The notes below the pieces were generated by a model. It saw only the letters and a list, made by a program, of their open reading frames with translations, did no database searches and had not been told where the DNA came from. 64,000 bases of DNA from an uncultured Chloroflexia bacterium. GTDB taxonomy: Bacteria > Chloroflexota > Limnocylindria > Limnocylindrales > CSP1-4. The DNA is taken from NCBI GenBank assembly GCA_963813535.1, contig CAWEZH010000002.1:1536001-1600000 (forward strand), in the 5' to 3' direction. A program made the translations under genes and the position numbers. Of the stretch, positions 17,867-28,343 are shown one piece after another. Positions within the stretch are counted from its first letter, which is position 1. Each line of letters opens with the position of its first letter.

Positions 17867-19162
17867 TCAGGACGCGGTCAACGCGTAGATCCCAGGTTTC
17901 GTCTCATCGCCACTGCTCGTTCCGACGAGCAGGAGCGTACCGCTCACGGGATCTCGACGCAGGACCCGCCTTCGAATTCGGTCGAGACGTCGAGCCGCGT
18001 CCCCGACCATGTGCCATCACCAGATCGTGTCACATAGCGGACTCCGCTTCGATCGTTGTAGGTCGCGTGGAGGCGTCCGGCGTCGACATCGAGGACAAGT
18101 GAGGCCGAGCCGATGTCTTTCGACAGTCGCGTCGATTCCCAACCTCCATCGACGTCGGTCGCGAACCAGGTGCCCTCATTCGAGGGCGTCGGAACGTCCG
18201 AACAGCCGCCCTCGTCGCTGCTCGGGATCGCCGACCACGAGACGAAGGCGTGGTCACCACGACCGAGGACCAACATGGGGGACTGCATCCAGACATCGCG
18301 GGCAGAGAAGACGGTGGTCGTCGAAAGGCGGCCCGTCGCCGACACGACCGCGTAGCGGATGGAGTGCCGAGTCGTGTAGCCGATCCTCGGACGGCCGTCG
18401 TCCCCGATGCGCAGGGATGCCTCTTCGGCCTCCGGGATCAGGGTCCCGCGGAACCTTGAGCCGTCCTGCGACGCATAGGACACGCCGCCATCCTCGGCCA
18501 TGACGGTCTCGTGGATGACCCCGTCGACGACCCGGAACGACTGGAGGTATCGCCCGCCTGCCCGATCCGAGTCGCTGCCGACCATTGCCGACGGGCAATT
18601 CGCGGGTTCGGTAGTAGGCGCCGACGACGCCCTGCGGGCGGCGATCGTCGCCGCTGCACGTGTCCGGTTCGATCGGCCGCATGCGGGTGAACGCGAGATA
18701 GAGCGTGGAGCCGTCCACGGTCAACAGCGGGTCGATGTCGAACCGGTCCGCCGGCGTCGCGAGTGTCGATGTCTTCCAGGATCGACCGTCGGGCGATGAC
18801 GCATACCGGATCCGCAGCCCACACGCTGCCGCGACGTGGAAACGACCGACGGCATCCACGGTGGCGCCGACTCCCAGACAAGCGCCGTTGAAGATCGGGC
18901 GCGGTGTCGTCGTCCATCGTGCGACCTGTTGCACCGCCTGTGACGTCGATGGGCGAGACGGAGGCGATGCGCTAGCGGTGACGGACGCATCCGGCGACGA
19001 ACCGATCGTCGGTTCCTCGACTGGCGATGGCAGACCAGACCCTGCTGCCTGCACCGACGGCGTGGCCGTCATCGACGAGGGGGGCGCTGCCTCGCCACAC
19101 GCAAGGAGACTCCCGGCTGACACCAGCAGCCCGAGCCATGCGAAAGTCCGGCGCTGGGTCAT
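17867..19162 (-). pseudogene. Secreted lipoprotein with beta-rich repeats, broken by ~3 frameshifts (pseudogene or sequencing error)
   Basis: Lipobox LLAC and S/P/T linker. The reading continues across frames near 18595, 18550 and 17965, ending ...PGIYALTAS* at 17867. Confidence 0.6.
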
Positions 19163-19269
19163 TGCTCCCCTCTGCTGTGTCGCCGACCGCGCCGATCGGC
19201 TTGCGGTGTGTCGAGCGTCGATCGACCTCGATGTGACGGTGCTTGCTGACGCGCCAGGCCGGGCAGCGT

Positions 19270-19650
19270 CTAGAGCCACGCCCTCCAGGTCTGTTCGGCC
19301 CTGCCAGCGGTCACCTCGTTTCCGTATCGCACGAGCGGCAGACGCAACAGCGTCTGGTCCGCCAGGAGGCGTACCACGACCTCTTCGTCGTCCATCCGCA
19401 GATAGCCGAGACCCGCATCACGGTACGCCCTCGATGTCTCGTCGAGGAGCGCGGCGACCGCCGAGCCGCTCGACGAACCACCGCAGTTCGGCCGGAGCGA
19501 GCCGACGCTTGCGCAGGTCGACGAAGGAGACGACGATCCGGCGCTCCCGAAAGAACCGTTGCGCCGCGCGGGTGGCGGGATCCTTCTCGACGCCGAACGC
19601 CTGGATGTCGGCAACCTCTTCGTCGGGGTCCGACCCAAGGGCGCTGGCAT
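19270..19650 (-). CDS. ArsC/Spx-like protein with apparent compensating frameshifts
   Basis: Alternate frame gives DIQAFGVEKDPATRAAQRFFRERRI..SFVDLRKR.LAPAELRWF; the track frame gives LLRLPLVR.G.EVT.G. TAGGCT -10 lies 7 nt before ATG 19650. Confidence 0.75.
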   Translation of the reverse strand: MPAPLGRTPTKRLPTSRRSASRRIPPPARRNGSFGSAGSSSPSSTCASVGSLRPNCGGSSSGSAVAALLDETSRAYRDAGLGYLRMDDEEVVVRLLADQTLLRLPLVRYGNEVTAGRAEQTWRAWL

Positions 19651-19712
19651 GGCCGCGAGCCTATCGCACGGCGCCGACCGGGTACCATCGACAGACCACA
19701 GGAGGTGCCCGC

Positions 19713-20000
19713 GTGACGGTCTGGTTCACGGTCCAGCTCGCCGATCAGCCGGGTTCGCTTGCCCGAGTCGCCACTGCGCTCGGGGAGCGCAACGTGAACA
19801 TCACCGGCATCGTCGGCGTCGCCGAGGACACCGATGGCGCGCTCATGCTCACGACGTCCGATGCGGCCGCGACGCGCCAGGCATTCGAGAGCCTCGGGCT
19901 CGCCTTCGAGGAGCACGACCCGATGGGCGAGCTGCGACCGGAATCGATGACTGTCGGTGACATGCGACCCGGCACGACCGGGCGCGGCTCGATCCCCTGA
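19713..20000 (+). CDS. Stand-alone ACT-domain protein
   Basis: L.DQPGSLARVATALGERNVNI; GGAGG SD before GTG. Confidence 0.85.
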   Translation: MTVWFTVQLADQPGSLARVATALGERNVNITGIVGVAEDTDGALMLTTSDAAATRQAFESLGLAFEEHDPMGELRPESMTVGDMRPGTTGRGSIP

Positions 20001-20017
20001 CCGGCGACCGGGACGCG

Positions 20018-20695
20018 ATGCCCCGACGCCAGGCAGCCTCGACCGCCGCGATCCGCTTCGACATCGTCGATGGGCCCGATGCGCAATCCTCCATCGCGGC
20101 TGCGACGGCGGCGATCGGTGGACGCATCCGAACGCTGTCGACGGTGCGGCCCATCGACGGCGAGCCGCCCCTCGTCGAGATCGAGCTCGAGGTCGAGGGT
20201 GTCGGCGAGGATGCGCTGGTCGCTGCGCTCGAGGGCGTCGGTGACGTGCGTCGGATCCACCGGACGCGGGCCCTCGGGACGGTGTTCGGCAAGCGGATCA
20301 TCGTCGTCGGCGGCGGGGCGCAGGTCGCCCAGGTCGCGCTCGGGGCGGTGAGCGAAGCCGACCGTCACAACCTACGCGGCGAGCGGATCTCGGTCGACAC
20401 CATCCCGCTGGTCGGCGAGGCCGACATCGCCGCCGCGGTCCGGGCGGTCGCGGACCTGCCCCGCGCCCGCCTGCTGGTCCTGGCCGGTTCGATCATGGGC
20501 GGTGACATCAGTGCGGCCGCCGATGAGCTCCGCGAGGTCGGTATCCCGATCATCGCGCTGAACATGGTCGGATCCATCACCGAGCACGTGGATCTGGTCG
20601 TGTCCGATCCCGTCCAGGCCGGGACGATGGCCGTCATGGCCGTCGCCGACACCGCCACCTTCGACCTCGACCGCCAACGCGGCCGACGATACTGA
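20018..20695 (+). CDS. ACT-like plus DUF5612-like protein
   Basis: GKRIIVVGGGAQVAQVALGAVSEADRHNLRGERISVDTIPLVGE...LAGSIMGG...DPVQAG matches my recollection of DUF5612. Confidence 0.8.
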   Translation: MPRRQAASTAAIRFDIVDGPDAQSSIAAATAAIGGRIRTLSTVRPIDGEPPLVEIELEVEGVGEDALVAALEGVGDVRRIHRTRALGTVFGKRIIVVGGGAQVAQVALGAVSEADRHNLRGERISVDTIPLVGEADIAAAVRAVADLPRARLLVLAGSIMGGDISAAADELREVGIPIIALNMVGSITEHVDLVVSDPVQAGTMAVMAVADTATFDLDRQRGRRY

Positions 20696-20703
20696 GACGA
20701 CCG

Positions 20704-21654
20704 ATGCGGATCGCGACGTGGAACGTCAACTCGCTGAAGGCGCGCACCGACGCGGTCGACAAGTGGCTCGAGCGCGCCGACCCGGACATCCTGCTGATGC
20801 AGGAGACGAAGCTCTCGGACGAGGATGCTCCGGTCATGCAGTTCCGGATGGCCGGCTACCAGCTCATCCATCACGGCGAGGGTCGCTGGAACGGCGTGGC
20901 CATCGCGGCCCGCGAGGCGCTCACCGTCGACGACATCGTCACGAACTTCGGCGACGGCCCGGTGCGCGATAGCAGCGCCGGCGCCGGCGGTCTCGACGAG
21001 GAGGATTTCGATCCCTTCGATGAGGCACGGATGCTCTCGGCGGTCGTCGACGGGGTCAGGTTCGTGGCGCTCTATGCGCCGAATGGGCGGGTCGTCGGCA
21101 GCCCGTTCTACGAGGGCAAGCTGCGCTGGTTCGAGCGGGTCCGGCGATGGCTCGACGAGACGCGATCCGCTGACGAGCCGCTCATCCTCGCGGGCGACTA
21201 CAACGTGACCCCAGCCGACGAGGACGTGTGGGACCCGGTGAAGGCGCACGGCGGGACGCACGTGTCGGAGCCGGAGCGCGAGGCACTGGCCCGGCTGCGC
21301 GAGTGGGGCCTCACCGACGCCTACCGGTCGCAGGAGCAGCGCGGCGGCCGATTCAGCTGGTGGGACTACCGGGCCGGCATGTTCCATCGCAACGAGGGCA
21401 TGCGCATCGACCTGCTCTACGTGACGGAGCCCATCGCGAAGCGCGTCGTCTGGGCCGAGATCGACCGCGAGGCGCGGAAGGGCCCACCCGTCCCATCGGA
21501 CCATGCGCCCGTGGTGGTCGACCTCGATGACAAGGGGACGCCGTTCGATGCCGGCTGGGACGCGGCACTCGCCCGGATCCAGGCTCGGACGAAGCCCGGC
21601 GCGCGCAAGAGCCCCGCCCAGGTGCGGTACGAGAAGGAGCACCGACCAGGCTGA
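20704..21654 (+). CDS. xth: Exodeoxyribonuclease III / AP endonuclease
   Basis: MRIATWNVNS, QETK, NGVAI, YAPNG, GDYN, SWWDYR, RID, SDHAPV. Confidence 0.96.
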   Translation: MRIATWNVNSLKARTDAVDKWLERADPDILLMQETKLSDEDAPVMQFRMAGYQLIHHGEGRWNGVAIAAREALTVDDIVTNFGDGPVRDSSAGAGGLDEEDFDPFDEARMLSAVVDGVRFVALYAPNGRVVGSPFYEGKLRWFERVRRWLDETRSADEPLILAGDYNVTPADEDVWDPVKAHGGTHVSEPEREALARLREWGLTDAYRSQEQRGGRFSWWDYRAGMFHRNEGMRIDLLYVTEPIAKRVVWAEIDREARKGPPVPSDHAPVVVDLDDKGTPFDAGWDAALARIQARTKPGARKSPAQVRYEKEHRPG

Positions 21655-21792
21655 CGGCCGGGGAGCTCGTTGCCGTGGGACGAGAACCGCGCCCCGATCC
21701 GTCGCGACAGGTCCGACCGGCCTCTCGCCTCGTTGCGGATGCCGAGACGCCGTGCACCGGGTCCCGAGGGGCGAACGTAGGCTCGCCGCCGG

Positions 21793-22914
21793 ATGACGGT
21801 CCCCAGCGACACCTCGGCTGAGATCCGCCTCATCGACCTGGAGAAGCGGTTCGGCGCGGTCCGGGCCGTCGACGGCGTCTCGCTCGACGTCCGGGCCGGC
21901 GAGTTCTTCTCTCTGCTCGGACCGTCCGGCTGCGGCAAGACCACGACCTTGCGGATGATCGGCGGGTTCGAGCTGCCGACCGCTGGTCGGATCCTGCTGC
22001 GCGGCCGCGACATCACCCACGAGCCGCCCGACAAGCGGCCGGTCAACATGGTGTTCCAGCAGTACGCCCTGTTTCCGCATCTCGACGTGGCCGGCAACGT
22101 CGGTTTCGGCCTGCGCCGCAAGAACGTCGATCGCGCCTCGATCGCCCGGCGCGTGGACGAGGCGCTCGAGCTGGTCCGCCTGCGGGGCTACGAGCGGCGG
22201 AGACCTCGTGAGCTGTCCGGCGGCCAGCAGCAACGCGTCGCCCTCGCCCGGGCCCTGGTCAACCGCCCGACGGTGCTGTTGCTCGACGAGCCACTGGGTG
22301 CGCTCGACCTGAAGCTCCGCCGCCAGCTCCAGATCGAGTTGAAGCGGATCCAGGCGGAGGTCGGGATCACCTTCGTGTACGTGACGCACGATCAGGAGGA
22401 GGCGCTCACCATGAGCGACCGCATCGCCGTGATGCAAGCCGGACGCGTGGAGCAGCTCGGCACGCCCGAGGAGCTGTACGAGCGACCGGCGACCAGGTTC
22501 GTGGCCGACTTCATCGGCACGACCAACCTGCTGACCGGGTCGGTCGAGTCGATCGACTCGGGCTCCGCCCTCGTCCGCCTGGAGGGCGGCGACGCGTGCC
22601 GAGTGGCCGGCCCGGACCTGCCGCCAGGACGCGCCGTCGAGCTGTCCATCCGGCCGGAATCGATCGTGATGCGACCCTCGAACGGCACCGCCCCGAGCGA
22701 CGACGAGCCGCTCCGAGCCCAGGTCGAGCAGGTCGCCTATCTCGGCGGCAGCGTCCAATACCAGGTCCGCACCCGCGGCGGGCTGTCCATCACCGTGCTG
22801 GCATCGAAGGCCGGCGAGCGCCACCCGGTCGGGAGCGACGTCGACATCGCATGGTCGCCGAGCGAGGCACTGATCCTCGCGCCGTCGACCGTCGAGGAGG
22901 AGGAACTGACATGA
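21793..22914 (+). CDS. potA: Polyamine-type ABC transporter ATP-binding subunit
   Basis: [37 protein letters not shown]-terminal TOBE. Confidence 0.9.
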   Translation: MTVPSDTSAEIRLIDLEKRFGAVRAVDGVSLDVRAGEFFSLLGPSGCGKTTTLRMIGGFELPTAGRILLRGRDITHEPPDKRPVNMVFQQYALFPHLDVAGNVGFGLRRKNVDRASIARRVDEALELVRLRGYERRRPRELSGGQQQRVALARALVNRPTVLLLDEPLGALDLKLRRQLQIELKRIQAEVGITFVYVTHDQEEALTMSDRIAVMQAGRVEQLGTPEELYERPATRFVADFIGTTNLLTGSVESIDSGSALVRLEGGDACRVAGPDLPPGRAVELSIRPESIVMRPSNGTAPSDDEPLRAQVEQVAYLGGSVQYQVRTRGGLSITVLASKAGERHPVGSDVDIAWSPSEALILAPSTVEEEELT

Positions 22915-24125
22915 CGGATCCGTACGACGGCTCGAGCATCGATCTCGAGAAGTCCCTCGTCCGCTACATGGTCGAGCGGCGCGTCACCCGCCGCGAGGTG
23001 CTGGAGCGCATCGCCGCCGTGGGCAGCGTCGCGGCGCTGGCGCCGATCATCGCGGCGTGCACGTCCAGCAGCGCAAGCCCGTCCGCCTCGGCCGCCGCCA
23101 GTGCGTCCGGGGCACCGGCAGGATCCGCCCCGGCCTCAGCCGGCCCGACCGCCGTCCCATCGCCCGAGGGTGAGCTCAACATCCTGAACTGGACCGACTA
23201 CCTGGCGGACGACGTGGTCGCGAGCTTCGAGGAGACGTACGGGGTGAAGGTCACCCAGAGCTACTTCTCGAACACCGACGAGATGTACACCAAGCTCGGC
23301 GACGACGGCGGCGACTACGACATCAGCTTCCCGATCTCGGTCGACGTCCCGAACATGATCGAGCGGGGCGTCATCGCCAAGCTCGACAAGTCGCTCCTGA
23401 CGAACATCGGCAATCTCGGCGAGGAGTGGGCCAACCCGGGCTACGACCCGGGCAACGAGTACACCGTCCCGTACATGTGGTGGACGACAGGCGTCGGCTA
23501 TGACCCCGCCCGCATCAAGGAGGAGCCCAGCAGCTCGAAGGCCCTCTGGGATGAACGCTGGAAGCAGCACGTCTCGATGCTGGATGACTGGCAGGAGGTC
23601 TTCGGGCTGACGCTGATCCAGCTCGGTCATTCGGCGAACACCGCGAACCCGGCCGAGCTCGATGAGGCCCTCGCGCTCCTCGAGCAGCAGAAGCCGCTCG
23701 TGCGCACCTACTCGACCGACACGATCGGCACGATGACGTCGGGCGACGTGTGGATCGGGCAGATCTGGGGCGCCGACCGCTTCGCGATCCAGGAGACGAT
23801 CCCCGACTTCGCCTACTACATCCCCGCGGAAGGCGGCGTGAAGGGGTCCGACACGGTCGCGACGTTCAGCGGATCGCCGCATCCCATCGCGTCACAGCTG
23901 TTCATCAATCACCTGCTCGAGGCGCACAACAGCGCGCTCAACACGAACCTCATCTACTACATGGGCCCGAACGCGGCCGCGAAGGAGTTCATCGATCCGG
24001 CGATCCTGGCCGACCCGACCATCAACCCGGAGCAGGAGATCGTCGACAAGCTCGAGGAGCTCCTGAGCCTCGACCAGGCGGTGCGCGACGAGTACCTATC
24101 GCGCTGGCAGCAGCTGCGAGGCTGA
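22911..24125 (+). CDS. potD: Spermidine/putrescine-type ABC substrate-binding lipoprotein (Tat signal)
   Basis: TRREVL twin-Arg, lipobox IAAC, NWTDY, YDPGN.Y.VPY.W.T.G, IP.EG. Confidence 0.85.
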   Translation: MTDPYDGSSIDLEKSLVRYMVERRVTRREVLERIAAVGSVAALAPIIAACTSSSASPSASAAASASGAPAGSAPASAGPTAVPSPEGELNILNWTDYLADDVVASFEETYGVKVTQSYFSNTDEMYTKLGDDGGDYDISFPISVDVPNMIERGVIAKLDKSLLTNIGNLGEEWANPGYDPGNEYTVPYMWWTTGVGYDPARIKEEPSSSKALWDERWKQHVSMLDDWQEVFGLTLIQLGHSANTANPAELDEALALLEQQKPLVRTYSTDTIGTMTSGDVWIGQIWGADRFAIQETIPDFAYYIPAEGGVKGSDTVATFSGSPHPIASQLFINHLLEAHNSALNTNLIYYMGPNAAAKEFIDPAILADPTINPEQEIVDKLEELLSLDQAVRDEYLSRWQQLRG

Positions 24126-24133
24126 CCCGACCG

Positions 24134-25045
24134 ATGGGGGCCGCGGCCCAGCCCGCAGACACACCCGCGGCCACGGTCGTACCGGTGCCCGGACGGCTCG
24201 GGCGGCTGCGGGCGGCGGCGCTGGTGTTGCCGGGCGTCACGTGGCTCGCGCTGTTCTTCATCGTGCCGCTCGGGATCATCTTCGTGGTGAGCCTCGGCTC
24301 ACGCGACGCGCTGAACCGGATCAGCCTGGCCCAGCCGACGCTCGACAACTACCTGCGCGTGTTCGATCCGGTCTTCCTGCCGACGTTCCTCAACTCGCTC
24401 AAGTACGCCGGGATCACCACGATCCTGTCGCTCGCCATCGGCTATCCGATCGCGTATTGGATCAGCCGGTACGGCGGGCGTCAGAAGGTGCTGTTGATCA
24501 TCCTGGTGATGCTGCCGTTCTGGACCAGCTACCTGATCCGGACCTACTCGTGGATCATCCTCCTGCGCGACAACGGCGTCGTGAACTCCCTGCTCCAGGC
24601 GATCGGGCTCACCAGCGAACCGATCATCCTGATGAACACCGACATCTCGGTCATCCTCGGCATGACGTACGGGTTCCTGCCGTTCGCGATCCTGCCACTG
24701 TTCGTCTCGATCGACCGGCTCGATCCCGATCTCGTCGCGGCGGCACGTGACCTGTACGCGTCGGGTCGCGGCGCGTTCCTCAACGTGACCCTGCCGCTGA
24801 CGATGCCCGGCATCATCGCCGCCGCGCTGCTGACGTTCATCCCGGCCCTCGGTGATTTCGTCACGCCCGACCTGCTCGGCGGCCCGCAGACAACGACCAT
24901 CGCCAAGAACATCCAGGAACTGTTCCTTGCCGGACGCGACTGGCCGTACGGCGCGGCGCTCGGATTCGTCTTGATGATCGTCACCCTCAGCGGGACGCTG
25001 CTCGCCCTCCGGACGCTTCGTCGGGAGGTCGTCGGTGGCGACTGA
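24134..25045 (+). CDS. potB: Polyamine-type ABC permease
   Basis: LPFWTSYLIRTYSW, AAA.DL.AS, DFVTPDLLGG, DWPYGAA. Confidence 0.88.
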   Translation: MGAAAQPADTPAATVVPVPGRLGRLRAAALVLPGVTWLALFFIVPLGIIFVVSLGSRDALNRISLAQPTLDNYLRVFDPVFLPTFLNSLKYAGITTILSLAIGYPIAYWISRYGGRQKVLLIILVMLPFWTSYLIRTYSWIILLRDNGVVNSLLQAIGLTSEPIILMNTDISVILGMTYGFLPFAILPLFVSIDRLDPDLVAAARDLYASGRGAFLNVTLPLTMPGIIAAALLTFIPALGDFVTPDLLGGPQTTTIAKNIQELFLAGRDWPYGAALGFVLMIVTLSGTLLALRTLRREVVGGD

Positions 25046-25066
25046 GCGCCTGGGCGGGCACTGACC

Positions 25067-25876
25067 ATGGTCCGTGAGCGGAACCGCTGGCTGACCGCGT
25101 ACGCGATGCTGGTCTACGCGTTCCTGTTCGCCCCGATCGTCGTGCTGATCGTCTACTCGTTCAATAAAGCGCGGCGAGGCCTGGTGTGGCAGGGCTTCAC
25201 GTTCGACTGGTACCCGAAGCTGTTCGCCAACGACGAGCTGCTCGACTCCCTGGTCGTGTCTCTCCAGGTCGCGGTCGTCGCCGTCATCGTGTCGACGGTC
25301 CTTGGCGCGCTGCTCGGTCTGGGCCTGGCGCGACTCCGGTTCCGTGGTCGCGGCGCGACCGAGACCCTGCTGCTCGTGCCGATGATCACGCCGGAGATCG
25401 TGATGGGCCTGTCGTTGCTGCTGTTCTTCCTGCAGGCGTTCGACGCGCACGGCTCGGTCGCCCAGCTATGGGTCGCCCACATCACGTTCTGCGTGTCGTA
25501 TGTGGCGGTCATCGTCCGGGCCCGGGCGGCCAACATGGACCCGCATCTCGAGGAGGCGGCCCGCGATCTCGGCGCGTCGGCGATGGGCGCCTTCCGGTAC
25601 GTCACGCTGCCGCTGATCGCGCCGGCGGTACTCGCCGGGGCGTTGCTGGCGTTCTCGCTGAGCTTCGACGACTACGTCGTCACGACGTTCAACGCGGGCG
25701 TCGGCAGCTCGACGCTGCCGCTCTACATCTACGGCGCCATCAAGTTCGGCGTCACGCCCGAGATCAATGCCATCTCGACGATCATCGTGGCCGTCACCGC
25801 GGTGGCCATCCTCATCGCGTGGCGGGCCGGGGCGTTCAACACCGCGACCGGTCGCCGGGTCACGGACGAGGGCTAG
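25067..25876 (+). CDS. potC: Polyamine-type ABC permease
   Basis: YSFN, GFT..WY, PEIVMG, LEEAARDLGA, FSLSFDD, TPEINA. Confidence 0.88.
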   Translation: MVRERNRWLTAYAMLVYAFLFAPIVVLIVYSFNKARRGLVWQGFTFDWYPKLFANDELLDSLVVSLQVAVVAVIVSTVLGALLGLGLARLRFRGRGATETLLLVPMITPEIVMGLSLLLFFLQAFDAHGSVAQLWVAHITFCVSYVAVIVRARAANMDPHLEEAARDLGASAMGAFRYVTLPLIAPAVLAGALLAFSLSFDDYVVTTFNAGVGSSTLPLYIYGAIKFGVTPEINAISTIIVAVTAVAILIAWRAGAFNTATGRRVTDEG

Positions 25877-27174
25877 CTCCCGGTCGCTGCCCTGGTCCTG
25901 GCCGCGGAGCGGGACGAGGTCGTCCCGCGGGGCAGGCGAACGGCGGCGACGTCTCCCTCGAACGTGTCCTCGTCGCCGTCCTTCGGCGTCGGGACGTCGT
26001 AGCGCAGCCGGACGGTGCGCTGCGAGTTCGTGCCATCGTTCGCGTAGCGGTCGACCGCCATGAGGTCGAAGGCATGGACGCTCGGCTCCTGGTTCGAGAA
26101 GCGACCCGCGCGCCAGCTCTGCGAGCGCGTGCCGCGCTGCTGGAGCTCGCAGACATGCCAGTCCTGGCGGTTGGTCAGGTCCCAGAACGCGATGGCATCC
26201 GAGGGATCGAAGTCGGACGCGGCGATCGTGTCGGGCTCGAACAGCCACTCGCAGATGATGCGCGTGTGATCCGGACCTGCCGGTTCGAGGCGATGGACGA
26301 GCAGGTAGTCCGGGTGGATCGACAGGAACGTCAGCGGCCAGACGAGGTAGTAGTAGATCCGCCGTTCGTCGATCGGCGTCATCCCGGGGATGGCCGGTCG
26401 GCCGCCGCGGTGGCCGCCGTCGACCGCCATCGTCTCAGCGCTCTCGACGAGCTCCATCCAGCCACCCTGCCATGGGCCGGTCGGGGCGAAGTCGCCGCCG
26501 AGGTCGTACGGCGTCAGCTTGTTCAGTTGAGGATGGATGCCCGGGCAGTGGTAGCACTCGCTGTAGTTCTCAGCCACGAACTTCCAGTTGGTCTCGACCT
26601 CGTACGTGACGGTGTGCGCGACGCGCAGACTGGCGAAGTCGAACCGTGCGAGGTGTGGCGGCAGATCGCCGAGCCACTCGATGAGCGGCGGCGTCTCCGG
26701 GGAGAGGCAGACGAACACGAAGCCCTGCCAGGTCTCCATCCGCACCGAGACCAGGCCGAAGTCCTTCATCTCGAAGTCCTCGAGGTCATCGGTGTGCTTG
26801 GCCCGGACGAGGTTCCCCTCCAGGTCGTAGATCCAGGCGTGATACGGACACTGGAACCGGACCGCAGAACCGCACTGCTCTTCGACGACGGCGGTGCCAC
26901 GATGGCGACACACGTTGTAGAAGGCGCGCAACTCGCCGTCGCGTCCGCGAGCGACCAGGAGTGGCTCGTCGTCGATCGCGGCCAGGAAGTACGTGCCGGC
27001 AGAGGGCGCGTCCTCCTCGCGCCCGACGACCATCCAGTCGCGCCGGAACCATTCCCGCTTCTCGAAGTCGTGGATCGCCGCGTCGTGATACGCGCGTCCG
27101 GGGAGCAACGACGCAGCCCGGTACGGCTTGCGGACGGCCGCGATCTCCTGCGCGGTCAGCGGACCCGTGGTCAT
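25873..27174 (-). CDS. Rieske non-heme iron oxygenase alpha subunit (GbcA/Stc2/choline monooxygenase-like)
   Basis: NVCRHRG, CPYHAW.Y.L.G, NWK...EN..ECYHC...HP, QDW..CE.QQ.G..S. Confidence 0.92.
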   Translation of the reverse strand: MTTGPLTAQEIAAVRKPYRAASLLPGRAYHDAAIHDFEKREWFRRDWMVVGREEDAPSAGTYFLAAIDDEPLLVARGRDGELRAFYNVCRHRGTAVVEEQCGSAVRFQCPYHAWIYDLEGNLVRAKHTDDLEDFEMKDFGLVSVRMETWQGFVFVCLSPETPPLIEWLGDLPPHLARFDFASLRVAHTVTYEVETNWKFVAENYSECYHCPGIHPQLNKLTPYDLGGDFAPTGPWQGGWMELVESAETMAVDGGHRGGRPAIPGMTPIDERRIYYYLVWPLTFLSIHPDYLLVHRLEPAGPDHTRIICEWLFEPDTIAASDFDPSDAIAFWDLTNRQDWHVCELQQRGTRSQSWRAGRFSNQEPSVHAFDLMAVDRYANDGTNSQRTVRLRYDVPTPKDGDEDTFEGDVAAVRLPRGTTSSRSAARTRAATGS

Positions 27175-28343
27175 GATTTCGGGACGTCCTTCTTCGGGTC
27201 GAGGAACGGGATGGCCGCGGTGCGTGCCGGCCAGCGTCCGCCGTCGGGTGCCTCGATCTCGAGGGGCGTGCCAGGCCCGGCGAGACCGATCGGCATCCAC
27301 ACGTAGCCGATGTTGCGTTGCAAACGAGGCGACCAGATCAGGTCGGTCACGGTCCCAACGTGTTCGCCGTCGTGGAATGCGCGGCACTTGCGGGACAGCT
27401 CGAAGGGCAGGGCCTCGCCGTCCATCTCGATGCCCACGAGCTTGCGATCGACGCCCGCGACGCGGATCCGCTCGAGCGCCGCCTTGCCGATGTAGTCGGC
27501 CTCCTGAGGCTCGACGAGGCGCTCCAGACCCATGACGTGGAATGGCGTGTCGGCGATCGTGATGTCCGACCCGTAGTTGAAGATGCCGGCCTCGATCCGG
27601 CGCGCCTCGCAGGGCGCGATCGGGCGGATGCCATGCGGGCGGCCGGCGTCCATGATCCGGTCCCACAGCTCGGCGCCGCGCGCCGGGTCGCGCAGGTAGA
27701 TCTCGTAGCCGACCTCGCCCGTCCAGCCGGTGCGCGAGATGACGACCGGGATACCGTCGAGCTCGGTCGTCAGCGTCCAGTAGTACTTGATGTCGAGGAT
27801 CTCGGGCCCGAACAGCGCGAGCAGCGTGTCCTTCGACTTCGGACCCTGGACCTGGACCGGGTAGACCTCCGGCTCACGGACCTTGACGTCCATGCCGCTG
27901 TGGATCGCGACGCCTCGTGCCCACAAGCCGGCATCGCTGTCGGCGAGTGCCAGCCACCAGCGGTCGGCCTCGACGCGGAGCAGCACCGGGTCGTTGACGA
28001 TGCCGCCGTCCTCGGCGGTGATCAGGACGTACTTGCCCTGGCCGACCGCACACTTCGTCAGGTCGCGGCAGGTCAGGGTGTTGACGAATGCCGAGGCATC
28101 CGGCCCGCTGATCTCGACGATCCGCTCGACCGAGACGTCCCACAGCGTCACGTCGTTGAGCAGCGCCCAATACTCCTCGATGGGGTCGGCGTAGTAACCC
28201 GGGAGGTACATGTGGTTGTAGATGTCGTAGGCGCTGCAACCCGCCTCGAGGGTCTTCTCGAAGAAGGGGGAGCGGCGATACCACGGGCCGAAGTAGAGGG
28301 TCGAGGATTCGGTCGTCGCGGGCGTCGCGAGCGGCGTGGTCAT
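27171..28343 (-). CDS. GcvT-family aminomethyltransferase (DmdA/demethylase-like)
   Basis: YNHMYLP, LWDVSVER..EI.GPDA, NDPVLLR, QVQGPKS, SRTGWTGEVGYEIY, RRIEAG; no gcvH/gcvP nearby. Confidence 0.88.
   Translation of the reverse strand: MTTPLATPATTESSTLYFGPWYRRSPFFEKTLEAGCSAYDIYNHMYLPGYYADPIEEYWALLNDVTLWDVSVERIVEISGPDASAFVNTLTCRDLTKCAVGQGKYVLITAEDGGIVNDPVLLRVEADRWWLALADSDAGLWARGVAIHSGMDVKVREPEVYPVQVQGPKSKDTLLALFGPEILDIKYYWTLTTELDGIPVVISRTGWTGEVGYEIYLRDPARGAELWDRIMDAGRPHGIRPIAPCEARRIEAGIFNYGSDITIADTPFHVMGLERLVEPQEADYIGKAALERIRVAGVDRKLVGIEMDGEALPFELSRKCRAFHDGEHVGTVTDLIWSPRLQRNIGYVWMPIGLAGPGTPLEIEAPDGGRWPARTAAIPFLDPKKDVPKS

Noticed and set aside
20365-22824. Long ORFs such as 20365..22824(-), 25186..27306(+), 48240..50459(+) and 54073..56691(+)
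   Set aside because: GC-rich shadow frames overlapping well-supported genes
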